Of a DNA stretch of 64,000 bases, positions 15,796 to 24,348 are shown in pieces. The notes beneath the pieces are model-generated. The model did no database searches. It saw only the letters and a program-made list of their open reading frames with translations, and had not been told where the DNA came from. Within the stretch, counting starts at the first letter, position 1, and every line of letters starts with the position of its first letter. Where the stretch lies: the NCBI GenBank assembly GCA_938084905.1, contig CALKEQ010000002.1, positions 11,129-75,128 on the forward strand, written 5' to 3'. Position numbers and translations under genes: made by a program. The stretch is from an uncultured bacterium. GTDB lineage: Bacteria; Desulfobacterota; Syntrophorhabdia; Syntrophorhabdales; JANXAF01.

Positions 15796-16968
15796 GTGAG
15801 GGAGAGAGCAAAGAAGCTACTTGAGGAGATAAGAAAAGAGGGAAATTACAGAACCATAAGGTACGTAAAGCCTCTATCGGAAACTAAGATCCTCTACAAC
15901 GGAAGAGAATATCTAAATCTCACTTCAAATAGCTACCTTTCATTACATTTCCATCCCGAGATCGTAAGTTTCGCAAAGGAGGCTCTTAGTAGTTACGGTG
16001 TTGGATCTTGCTCATCTAGGAGTCTTTCAGGAAGTCTCGATCTTTTAAGAACCCTGGAGAGAGAATTTGCCCACTTTAAAGGTTACAAAAGATGTCTCGT
16101 CTTCTCGTGTGGATTTATGGCAAACATGGGGATTCTACCAGCTATCACCACACCTGACGATGTTATATTCACAGACGAATTGAACCACTCTAGTCTCATA
16201 CACGCAATAAGGCTCTCTAAGGCAAAAAAAGTGATTTACAGGCACAAGGATCTCGACCATCTGGAGGACTGCATAAAGAGGGAGATAAGAGGAAAGAAAA
16301 AGGGGTTTATAGTAACTGAGAGTATATTCAGCATGGATGGAGACATAGCTCCGCTAAAAGAGATCCTCCTCTTAAAAGAGAAATACGGTCTATATACAAT
16401 AGTAGATGATGCCCATGGTACGGGAGTTTTTGGGCAGAGTGGATCTGGAGTTGAGGAAGAGTTGGGAATTAAAGGTTCAGCTGACATCCATATGGCTACC
16501 TTCGGAAAAGCTTTAGGTTCATATGGAGCGGCCGTTCTTTCAGAACCTTACACCATAAGACTTCTTGTGAACAGGGCAAGATCCTTCATGTACACAACAG
16601 CTCTTCCTCCTTCAGTTATTGCCGCATCGATAGCCTCCCTTAATTTTTTAAAGAGGAACCCAAAAGTAATAAGGGAGCTTTGGGCAAACGTTGACTACGT
16701 TAGGGAGAGGCTTTCATCACTCGGCTTTGACCTCAAAGACAGTAGAGGACCAATCGTGCCTATAATTGTTGGGAGCGATAAGATGGCATTGAAGCTTCAA
16801 AGAATGCTCATGTCAAAGGGCCTTTTTATACAGGCAATAAGGCCTCCAACAGTTCCCCCAAATACATCGAGACTCAGGTTTACAGTTGTAAGAGGATACA
16901 CGAAAGAAGAGTTGGACTACATAGTAGAGACCCTTTACACTTCCGCAAAAAAATTGGGCATTATCTGA
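15796..16968 (+). CDS. alpha-oxoamine synthase family, 8-amino-7-oxononanoate synthase-like (BioF/Kbl/SPT family)
   Basis: 390 aa. LNLTSNSYLSL, DELNHSSLI, DDAHGTGVFG and the PLP-lysine context ATFGKALGSYGAAV. No other bio genes in the window, so substrate specificity is not assigned. Confidence 0.75.
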   Translation: MRERAKKLLEEIRKEGNYRTIRYVKPLSETKILYNGREYLNLTSNSYLSLHFHPEIVSFAKEALSSYGVGSCSSRSLSGSLDLLRTLEREFAHFKGYKRCLVFSCGFMANMGILPAITTPDDVIFTDELNHSSLIHAIRLSKAKKVIYRHKDLDHLEDCIKREIRGKKKGFIVTESIFSMDGDIAPLKEILLLKEKYGLYTIVDDAHGTGVFGQSGSGVEEELGIKGSADIHMATFGKALGSYGAAVLSEPYTIRLLVNRARSFMYTTALPPSVIAASIASLNFLKRNPKVIRELWANVDYVRERLSSLGFDLKDSRGPIVPIIVGSDKMALKLQRMLMSKGLFIQAIRPPTVPPNTSRLRFTVVRGYTKEELDYIVETLYTSAKKLGII

Positions 16969-16969
16969 T

Positions 16970-18682
16970 TTAATTATGCTCCTTTTCCGATCTTATTGCT
17001 TGAATTTTTTCCTCGATTGCCCTTGAAGCCTTCTGCCAGCCCTTTTCTTTATAAACCCTCTTTATAAACGAAAGAACATTAAGTCTCTCAGGATTCATGG
17101 GATCGAAGGAAGAATAGAAGTCTTCAACTTCAAATAGGAATCTGAGGGACTTCCCATAAATCCCAACTGCAGAGTAGAATTTTCCCATCTCGGTCCTTAG
17201 ATAAAGACTGAATGGATACTCCCTGTAGGCTTTCAGCAGAAGATCTTCCGCTTTATCTCTTTTTCCAGCCCTAAAAAAAAAGTTCGCTATTTCCACGTAA
17301 AGTTTTACGTCCCTGTTCATTTTGAGGGCCCTCATGTACAGTTCCCCAACGGTTCTAAAGGCTCCCTCATCCTCTATCCCCTTTATCTTAAGGGCAGAGT
17401 CTAAAATGCGGGCCATAATCAGAGGGGGCTCATCGCAAAACCAGCAAATTTGACTTGATAAAAGAAGGGTGCTGAAGCCCTCCTCAGGCTTTTGCCTCCT
17501 TATCGATTCAATTCCCCTTTTTGAGAGAAGATCTCCTAACATGGGAAGGATTGAAAAAAACAAAAGGTAGAAAAGGAGCACAAAAATGAACCACCTTTTT
17601 GCAAGGGAAATGGAAAAAAGGCGATTTCCTTTCGCACAGTAAGCACAAAGGGATAGAAAAAGGACTTGGAAGGCCGGAGCGGGGAAATTGTACTCGAACA
17701 GGTTTGGCAAAAGGAAAGATACGAGAGTCATCTTTGAAATCAGAGAAGAAGTTGGATCACGGAGTGTAACGTACAAAAAGGAGGCAAATAGGAAAAAACC
17801 AAAAATTCCGAGTTCGAGAAGAACGTTAAAAAAGATATTGTGAGCGTGGACATGGCCATGTCCAAAAAGGTTCAAAATAGGATCAGAAATCTTATCCCCA
17901 ATGTAATAAAATGAGTTCATACCGTATCCAAAAAAGGGTGCTCCCGAGAGAAGATAGGGATAGGCTCTGAACTTACTCCATCTGTCCGTCGTTAGCCCTT
18001 TTTCCACAAAGTCGTAGCTAACTGGGAGGAAACCCTCTCTTACTTTCAAAAAAAGGACGAAAAGAAGAAGACCGAGGGCAAGGAGAAAAAAAAGGGCTTT
18101 TAAGTCTTCATACCTTTTCCTTTTCGCCAAGTAAAGAAGTACGATGAAGGTACAAAGAAAGGTAGAGTATGTCCCACCTCTAGAACCGGATAGCAAAATG
18201 GAAAAGAAAAGGAATGGGATCAAATAGCCAATAATACTCATCTTTTTTTCGAGAAATAGGCTTATAGCTAAAAATAGGACTGGTGCAAGGAAGCCGGCGT
18301 AAGGGTTCCTGTTGTAAAAAAGGCCCTTTGCCTCTCCAAAGAATCCTTGAAAGAAACCGAATATGCAGTTTACGATTCCAGAGATTAAAATTGCGTAAAG
18401 TACGTACCTCAAAAGATTCTCCCTAGAGCGGAGAAGGGTTAAAAAAAGTGCACCTCCAATTAGGGCCTGGGAAAAAAGGATCGCACCCCATTTTGAGGGA
18501 GCCCAAAGTGAAGAAACCAGGGAGTAGATGGCGAAGAGAAAGTAAATCAGTGAGTCGAGCTGAATTACAATTTGGCGAAAGAAAAGGGTAAAAGAGAAAA
18601 AGGAAAGGAGAAAGAAGATACTTATTCCCCACTTCGGCGAAAAAAAGCCTCCTAGAATCCCGGAGAAAAAAACGAGGATCAT
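16970..18682 (-). CDS. O-antigen ligase-like (Wzy_C) polytopic membrane protein with C-terminal TPR-like domain
   Basis: 570 aa with more than 10 predicted TM segments. Wzy_C-type motif HGHVHAHNIFFNVLLELGIFGF. Soluble helical-repeat C-terminus of about 170 aa. Confidence 0.7.
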   Translation of the reverse strand: MILVFFSGILGGFFSPKWGISIFFLLSFFSFTLFFRQIVIQLDSLIYFLFAIYSLVSSLWAPSKWGAILFSQALIGGALFLTLLRSRENLLRYVLYAILISGIVNCIFGFFQGFFGEAKGLFYNRNPYAGFLAPVLFLAISLFLEKKMSIIGYLIPFLFFSILLSGSRGGTYSTFLCTFIVLLYLAKRKRYEDLKALFFLLALGLLLFVLFLKVREGFLPVSYDFVEKGLTTDRWSKFRAYPYLLSGAPFFGYGMNSFYYIGDKISDPILNLFGHGHVHAHNIFFNVLLELGIFGFFLFASFLYVTLRDPTSSLISKMTLVSFLLPNLFEYNFPAPAFQVLFLSLCAYCAKGNRLFSISLAKRWFIFVLLFYLLFFSILPMLGDLLSKRGIESIRRQKPEEGFSTLLLSSQICWFCDEPPLIMARILDSALKIKGIEDEGAFRTVGELYMRALKMNRDVKLYVEIANFFFRAGKRDKAEDLLLKAYREYPFSLYLRTEMGKFYSAVGIYGKSLRFLFEVEDFYSSFDPMNPERLNVLSFIKRVYKEKGWQKASRAIEEKIQAIRSEKEHN

Positions 18683-18716
18683 AGGAAGAATATCCCTCGA
18701 GCTTAAGTTTTTTCCT

Positions 18717-21026
18717 TCAGATACCTTTAGACTCTCCAGTTATTCCTCCTTTTTTTAAGGCAAAAGCGAGAATAAGACCGGAAAGAGAAAGGAGAAGTCC
18801 GAGATAAAAAGATAAGGGCCTGTATTTGAATTCCACAAGGTGAGAACCTTTTGGGACAAATATGGCACGGAAAGAAATATTGGCCCTGTAAATTGGTACT
18901 TTTTTCCCATCTACGTAAGCTTCCCATCCGGGATAGTAAGTGTCAGAGAGAAAAAGGAATCCGTCGCAAAAAGAGTTTACTTTGATCTTCACGTTATGAG
19001 GACTTTCCTCGACTATCTCTGAATAACCATTTCTGTCACAAGCCCTCATCTCTAAGAGGTTACCAGAACTAAAATGTACTATAACTCTTTTTTCCGGATC
19101 AAAGGTGCTTTTTGAAATCTCTTTTATCGCTTCATCATCTGATCTGGCGAATCTAACATCGTGATAAAGCTTTGCCCTTATGTAGTCGGGCTGAACGTAA
19201 AGATGAACCTTTTTCCTTCCCTCCTCTACCTTTAGAACTTCAGTTAAAGATGGATCCTCTATTTCCCTAGAAGATATGAGGTATTTGACCCCTCCCATTT
19301 TAAGGTACTTTTTTGCAGAGGAAAAATCGGGTGAGGACTTAATGAGTGAGAGATAAAGATTGTGCCATCTTACCCTCATAACCTCCGAACCGTCTATTGA
19401 ATAGAGCCTAAAAAGGGACGCGTAAGAAGGGTCTGGAGCTATTTTATTTTCGGGGAAGAATTTGAACTCCTCAGAGGTCCTTGGCGTAACAAAGTACCTT
19501 CCACTATCTTTCCCCTTTTTCATCTCTTTTATTATCTCCGTTTCGAGCATGTAGAGGCTCCAGGGGGCAATTCTAAAGTAACCGTAGTTGGCCAAAAAAG
19601 GATCAAGGGTAAGAATTGAGATGGCCAAAGAAAGTGTTACTCCTTTCCATTTAAGATTCGAGTAAAAGAGGGGGAATAGGCAGAAGATGAAGGCAAAAAA
19701 GAAAAACCTTCTCAGATTGTGGATGTTAAATTCTACGTCATTGAAGTGTGGCGGTTCTATACCGAAGTTTGAAAATAGAGTCCGTACTGATTCCTTAAAG
19801 AGGAGAGTGGATGAAAAACCGAGAAAAAATAAAAAACCAACGTAAAAGAAGGCCTTAGAAGCGTATAAGATTTTTCTTTCCCTGTAATCCTTGATCAGCA
19901 CATCAAGACCGAGTCCCGTTGTTGCCGATACGCAGAAAAAAAACAGAAAGAGGAACTTAACTGGGTATCTTACGCTATTCAACGGAGGGATATGGTAGAT
20001 AAACCTGTATAAAGGCGTGTTTTTGCCCAGGGCAAAAAGAACTGAGATGATCAAAAGAAGTAGGATCACCCATTTCCTTTTATCATTTGAAAGGAAATAG
20101 TACGTGGATAGGCAAAAGGGGGCAAAACCGATATAGATCGTCTTAAGCCAGCACTGGTTCTGCCAGTATCTGATATCATCTCTAAAGTAGCCGTAGAAAT
20201 CCGGTAAAAAGAAAAGGAGAAAGTCTTTGAAAGCCATGCTCCAGGTAGTAGCTTCAAAAAAGCTAAGTCCACCCCTCCTTATGCTAATTAGGTGCAATTC
20301 TAAAAAAGGGAGAAGCTGAAAGGAGGAGAGAAGTAGGAAGAGTAGAAGAGTGAAAAAGAGGGCTTTTAAGCCGTAAGCAAAATCCTTTTTCGACAAAAAA
20401 GGAAATAGAACGAAAAGGACAAAAATAGTCATAATGACGATCTCCGGTGCGCCCGCCAAAAATTGGAGTGTGAGACATATGGCTGTCGCAACAATCGAAC
20501 CCCTTTTTTTCTCCATTGACCTCAAAAAATTGAGTAGGACCAAGGGAAACCAGGAGGAGGAAAAGAGATGGGGTAGGAGATTGTGTACTGAGAGGAGGTA
20601 TCCGGAGAGCAGAAAGGTAACTCCAGATGCGAAGGAACTGAGCCTGGATGCCTTAATGTATCTCATAAAAACGTAAAGAGTAAAACCTGAGAACCAAAAG
20701 TGTAATATTATGAGCCAGTTCCAGACGTAATTAAAGGGAAGGAAAAGGAAGAGGAGATTTGGAGGATAGAACACACCGGGCTGTAATGTGGCAAGAAGTG
20801 GAATGCCCGAGTATTGATGGGGGTTCCACAGAGGTATCTTGAAGCTTTTCAGTAACTCGACCCAAAGATACCTGGGTGGTATAAAAAAAACTGAAAGGTC
20901 CCTCTCAACAAAGACGTATTTGGCAGAAAGGAGAGGGAAAAAGTAAAAAATGGAGATAAGAAGAAGAGCGAGAATGAGAAGAGAGTCTTTATAGATGGAC
21001 TTCACATCTTTTTTGAAGCTGGACAA
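18717..21026 (-). CDS. YfhO-family GT-C-type membrane glycosyltransferase-like protein
   Basis: 769 aa, polytopic N-terminal half. C-terminal hallmark YYPGWEAYVDGKKVPIYRANISFRAIFVPKGSHLVEFKYRP plus a final TM. Start is TTG 21026 (alternative GTG 21005). Confidence 0.7.
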   Translation of the reverse strand: MSSFKKDVKSIYKDSLLILALLLISIFYFFPLLSAKYVFVERDLSVFFIPPRYLWVELLKSFKIPLWNPHQYSGIPLLATLQPGVFYPPNLLFLFLPFNYVWNWLIILHFWFSGFTLYVFMRYIKASRLSSFASGVTFLLSGYLLSVHNLLPHLFSSSWFPLVLLNFLRSMEKKRGSIVATAICLTLQFLAGAPEIVIMTIFVLFVLFPFLSKKDFAYGLKALFFTLLLFLLLSSFQLLPFLELHLISIRRGGLSFFEATTWSMAFKDFLLFFLPDFYGYFRDDIRYWQNQCWLKTIYIGFAPFCLSTYYFLSNDKRKWVILLLLIISVLFALGKNTPLYRFIYHIPPLNSVRYPVKFLFLFFFCVSATTGLGLDVLIKDYRERKILYASKAFFYVGFLFFLGFSSTLLFKESVRTLFSNFGIEPPHFNDVEFNIHNLRRFFFFAFIFCLFPLFYSNLKWKGVTLSLAISILTLDPFLANYGYFRIAPWSLYMLETEIIKEMKKGKDSGRYFVTPRTSEEFKFFPENKIAPDPSYASLFRLYSIDGSEVMRVRWHNLYLSLIKSSPDFSSAKKYLKMGGVKYLISSREIEDPSLTEVLKVEEGRKKVHLYVQPDYIRAKLYHDVRFARSDDEAIKEISKSTFDPEKRVIVHFSSGNLLEMRACDRNGYSEIVEESPHNVKIKVNSFCDGFLFLSDTYYPGWEAYVDGKKVPIYRANISFRAIFVPKGSHLVEFKYRPLSFYLGLLLSLSGLILAFALKKGGITGESKGI

Positions 21027-21057
21027 AAAAAATCATGGCGGGGATTTTTCCCCCGCC
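21025..21057 (-). terminator. rho-independent terminator after the tandem pilin genes
   Basis: Reverse strand reads GGCGGGG-gaaaaat-CCCCGCC followed by atgATTTTTTTT. Stem arms lie at 21037..21043 and 21051..21057, and the T-tract corresponds to the plus A-run 21025..21032. Confidence 0.6.
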
Positions 21058-21081
21058 AAGGGGTCTTTATTTTTTCCCATT

Positions 21082-21477
21082 CTACCACTGAGGATGTCCG
21101 ACTTCCCGCACCCTAGGAAGTGTCGTTGGAGCCTGCCCGAAAGTATCTATCCCGTATGTGAATGTCTTTCCTCCTATTTTTACAGTCATCGAGTAACTGT
21201 CGATTGTGCCCGTAGTCTCCACTCCGGAGACCTGAGCTATATTGTAAATATCGAGGATCGTGTAAGTATCCGTTATTCCTTTCAGTGCCCTATCCGCGAA
21301 AAGGAGTGCATTTGCTCCCCTCATACCACCAAGTATCCTTCTTGCCGTCGCATCGATCGCCTCATTTTTTAAATCCACGTACTTTGGTATAGCTATGACT
21401 AAAATTATAGCCAAGACGATAATTACGACTATAAGCTCAATGAGAGAAAATCCCTCTATAGCCCCTTTTTTTACCAA
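21082..21477 (-). CDS. type IV pilin (second of tandem pair)
   Basis: Leader MVKKGAIEG followed by FSLIELIVVIIVLAIILVIAIPKY (G/F cleavage site, Glu5). 131 aa, no Cys. Overlaps the upstream pilin by 7 nt. Confidence 0.85.
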   Translation of the reverse strand: MVKKGAIEGFSLIELIVVIIVLAIILVIAIPKYVDLKNEAIDATARRILGGMRGANALLFADRALKGITDTYTILDIYNIAQVSGVETTGTIDSYSMTVKIGGKTFTYGIDTFGQAPTTLPRVREVGHPQW

Positions 21478-21833
21478 CCAGCTTTAAACTGACCCGGAAC
21501 ATTAGTCCCATGAGCCGTGTAAGTGTAAATATAGGCTTGCCCACCAACTGTAATTGTTCCTCCTGTTGTACCAGCGTAAGTTACTTGTACATCACCTTCC
21601 ACCTGTACATGCTCAACTACGTCCTTCAAAGTATAAGTCGTACCGTAGAGAAGAAAATTGGAAAACTTCACCAACTCCGCTCCTCTCAAAGCACCAAGAA
21701 CTGCGTTAGCAGTCGCCTTTCGCGCCTCATCCCTCAAATCCAGATACTTGGGGATAGCAGTAGCCGCCAAGATACCGAGGATGATTATGATTATTATAAG
21801 TTCTATTAGGGTGAAACCTCTCGAGCCTCTCAT
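21471..21833 (-). CDS. type IV pilin (first of tandem pair, likely major pilin)
   Basis: MRGSRG followed by FTLIELIIIIIILGILAATAIPKY. ATG 21833 is preceded by GGAGGAGG. The track start 21872 would overlap the sigma-54 promoter (21868..21883). Confidence 0.85.
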   Translation of the reverse strand: MRGSRGFTLIELIIIIIILGILAATAIPKYLDLRDEARKATANAVLGALRGAELVKFSNFLLYGTTYTLKDVVEHVQVEGDVQVTYAGTTGGTITVGGQAYIYTYTAHGTNVPGQFKAGW

Positions 21834-21867
21834 GTAACCTCCTCCAAAAATTTTTTTTATGCTTTGA

Positions 21868-21883
21868 AGCAAGTTTTATGCCA
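21868..21883 (-). promoter_or_regulatory. sigma-54 (-24/-12) promoter for the pilin genes
   Basis: Reverse strand reads TGGCATaaaacTTGCT, with GG and GC at the canonical spacing (consensus TGGCAC-N5-TTGCW). It lies about 35 nt upstream of pilin ATG 21833 and directly downstream of a sigma-54 activator gene. Confidence 0.7.
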
Positions 21884-21971
21884 TTTTTTTACCTCAACAG
21901 ACGGGGCAGATTTTAGTCTAACTTTAGCCTTTTACGACAATTTTTTGCACATATCAACAAAAATTGTAGTC

Positions 21972-23327
21972 TTAATTTTCCATTTCTTTTGAACAGATTC
22001 CGTACTTCTTTATCCTGTACCACATGCTCCTTTCAGAAATTCCAAGGATTTGAGCAGCCTTTCTCTGATTCCCTTTAGTCTTTTTTAGGGCCTCGAGTAT
22101 TTTCATCTTCTCCATCTCCTCTATAGATTTATCGAGGGGAAGATGGTGAATAAGTCCCTTTCCTTCATCCCCCACAATATGGAGGGGCAAATCCTCAATT
22201 TTTATTAGGCCATCTTCACATATTGCCGAAGCGGATGAAAGAACGGCCTTTAGTTCCCTGACATTTCCGGGCCATAAATAGCTAAGGAGCCTTTCCTTTG
22301 CAGTCTCGGCTATCTCTAATTTTTTTCCACCCTCATTTTCTAGCTGACTCAAAAAATAGTCTATGAGATAAGGGATATCCTCCCTTCTCTCCCTGAGTGG
22401 TGGAATCTTTATCGTTATTCCGGAGAGTCTATAGTAAAGGTCCTTTCTGAATCTTCCATCCCTTATCTCTTTTTCCACATCCCTGTTAGTTGCGGATATT
22501 ATCCTTACGTCGATAATCTTCCTTTCTATACCTCCCAGTCTCTCCAACTCTTTTGTTTCAACAAATCTTAAGAGCTTTGCCTGAAGGCGGTCGCTCATCT
22601 CCGCTATTTCATCGAGAAAGAGGGTACCGTTCTCTGCAAGTTCTGCCTTTCCTTTTTTCGATGTGGAAGCTCCAGTGAAGGCACCCTTCTCGTATCCAAA
22701 TAACTCACTTTCTAAGAGTGGATCGGGAAGTGAGGCACAATTTACCGGAACAAAACTCCCCTTTCTATCGGAAAGTTTATGAATTAGCATGGCAATTGCC
22801 TCTTTACCAACTCCTGTCTCCCCACACAAAAGAACGTTTATATCTTTTTTTGCTATTTTTTCCACAACCCGGAATACCTCTTTCATTGAGGAACTGGCTC
22901 CAACGATTCCATGAAAGAGAACAGAGTCGAACTTTTTTTTCTCGTCCTTTTTTAGCTCTCTCTCAAGTTCCATTTTTTTAAGTGCCCTTCTTACAACAAC
23001 TCTGAACTCTTCCACTGAGATGGGTTTTATGAAGAAGTCGTATGCGCCCTTCTTTATCGCATCAATCAAATTTTTACGCGTCCCGTAGGCACTCATGAGG
23101 ATAATCGGACAGGACGAAAGACCCCTTATCTTCTCTATTGCCGATATCCCATCTACTCCAGGTAGTTTCACATCCATGATCACAAGGTCTGAACTCTCAT
23201 TTATTGAAGAGGATGCTTCCTCAAAAGACTCGAAGGAAATTACATTTACTCCTTCCTTTTTCAGCAACTCCTCAATTAGAAATCTAACGTCAGGGTCGTC
23301 TTCAATGAGAATTACTTGGCCACCCAT
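21972..23327 (-). CDS. pilR: sigma-54-dependent response regulator (NtrC family, PilR-like)
   Basis: 451 aa. REC (DLVIMDVKLPGVDG), AAA+ domain with GETGVGKE and the GAFTGA motif (EKGAFTGAS), C-terminal Fis-type HTH (NQRKAAQILGISERSMWYRIKKYG). Confidence 0.9.
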   Translation of the reverse strand: MGGQVILIEDDPDVRFLIEELLKKEGVNVISFESFEEASSSINESSDLVIMDVKLPGVDGISAIEKIRGLSSCPIILMSAYGTRKNLIDAIKKGAYDFFIKPISVEEFRVVVRRALKKMELERELKKDEKKKFDSVLFHGIVGASSSMKEVFRVVEKIAKKDINVLLCGETGVGKEAIAMLIHKLSDRKGSFVPVNCASLPDPLLESELFGYEKGAFTGASTSKKGKAELAENGTLFLDEIAEMSDRLQAKLLRFVETKELERLGGIERKIIDVRIISATNRDVEKEIRDGRFRKDLYYRLSGITIKIPPLRERREDIPYLIDYFLSQLENEGGKKLEIAETAKERLLSYLWPGNVRELKAVLSSASAICEDGLIKIEDLPLHIVGDEGKGLIHHLPLDKSIEEMEKMKILEALKKTKGNQRKAAQILGISERSMWYRIKKYGICSKEMEN

Positions 23328-23328
23328 T

Positions 23329-24348
23329 TCACTTCGCCGGTAGCTTCACTAGAATTTCAGTCCCTTCTCTTTCGCTTTTCACCTCTATCCTTCCTTTGTG
23401 GAGTTCGATGTTCTTTTTCGCCACAAAGAGTCCTATACCTTTTCCACCTCTTCTTTTGGTGTAAAAGGGTTTAAAAATGAGATCAGTATCTTCTGCACTC
23501 AGTTGCGAACTCCTGTTAAATATTCTAACTGTAATCGGATCTCCTCCAAAGATGGTGATTTTGACGTAGCCAAAAGAATCAGATTCATATTCGAAGGCAT
23601 TTCTCAAAATGTTGTAAATTGACTGCTCGATTTTTCCTCTATCCCCATAAAAGATCACCGATGGATCACCCTCTATATCACATTTCACATCTTTAAACTC
23701 TGATAGGAGGCTATAACTCACATCCTCAACTAGACTCCGTAAGTCAAACTCCTCCATATTCAATTCTGTATCTAGAAAATCGAGGAGTTCCTTGGTGAAG
23801 GACTCGATCCTTTTTGCAGAATTTAGGATCCTTTCACCGTAAATCTTTTCCCTTTCCCCCCCATCCTCCATCAAAAGCTGAGCCATTCCTTTTATTGTAC
23901 TTAAGGGATTTTTAACTTCATGGGCAATGGTAAGTGACATGTAGCCTATTGGAATCACGTACTTTAATTTCTCTAGGTCCTCCGCAATTTCCACATCCCC
24001 ATTTTTTCGCCTTTCTTCCTCGTACTTCTTTACCCTGTCTATAAGGTTCGAAATCGTTTGGTAAAATTCGATCATCTTCCCTCTATCTTTTGGATTCGAT
24101 TCTAATTTTAAAAAAGATTCCGCCCGCTTAAGTAGATCTTTTACCGGAGCAACGATCACAAAGAGAACGAGTAATACGCATAAAGAAGAGAGAATGGAGA
24201 TTAGAAAGATCCAAATGTAAGGCTCCCTCGTGCGTGAGGCACAATTGAGGGTGAAAACCGAGACCAGAATTGAGGTAAAAAAGACTATAACTGGAATGAG
24301 CCGCAAAAGGTTGTACCTTAGGTTCTTTGGATCTTTCAAAAAATTCAA
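23329..24348 (-). CDS. membrane sensor histidine kinase (PilS-like partner)
   Basis: 339 aa. Two N-terminal TM helices, H-box TIAHEVKNPLSTI, ATPase boxes (NILRNAFEY, GGKGIGLFVAKKNIELHKG). Ends 1 nt before the regulator gene. Confidence 0.8.
   Translation of the reverse strand: MNFLKDPKNLRYNLLRLIPVIVFFTSILVSVFTLNCASRTREPYIWIFLISILSSLCVLLVLFVIVAPVKDLLKRAESFLKLESNPKDRGKMIEFYQTISNLIDRVKKYEEERRKNGDVEIAEDLEKLKYVIPIGYMSLTIAHEVKNPLSTIKGMAQLLMEDGGEREKIYGERILNSAKRIESFTKELLDFLDTELNMEEFDLRSLVEDVSYSLLSEFKDVKCDIEGDPSVIFYGDRGKIEQSIYNILRNAFEYESDSFGYVKITIFGGDPITVRIFNRSSQLSAEDTDLIFKPFYTKRRGGKGIGLFVAKKNIELHKGRIEVKSEREGTEILVKLPAK

Noticed and set aside
21937-21967. Inverted repeat ACAATTTTT-N13-AAAAATTGT considered as an intrinsic terminator for the pilR-like gene.
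   Set aside because: The stem is entirely A/T and very weak, and no clear T-tract follows it on the coding strand. I keep it only as a possible enhancer site in the sigma-54 finding. It could also be chance in AT-rich DNA.
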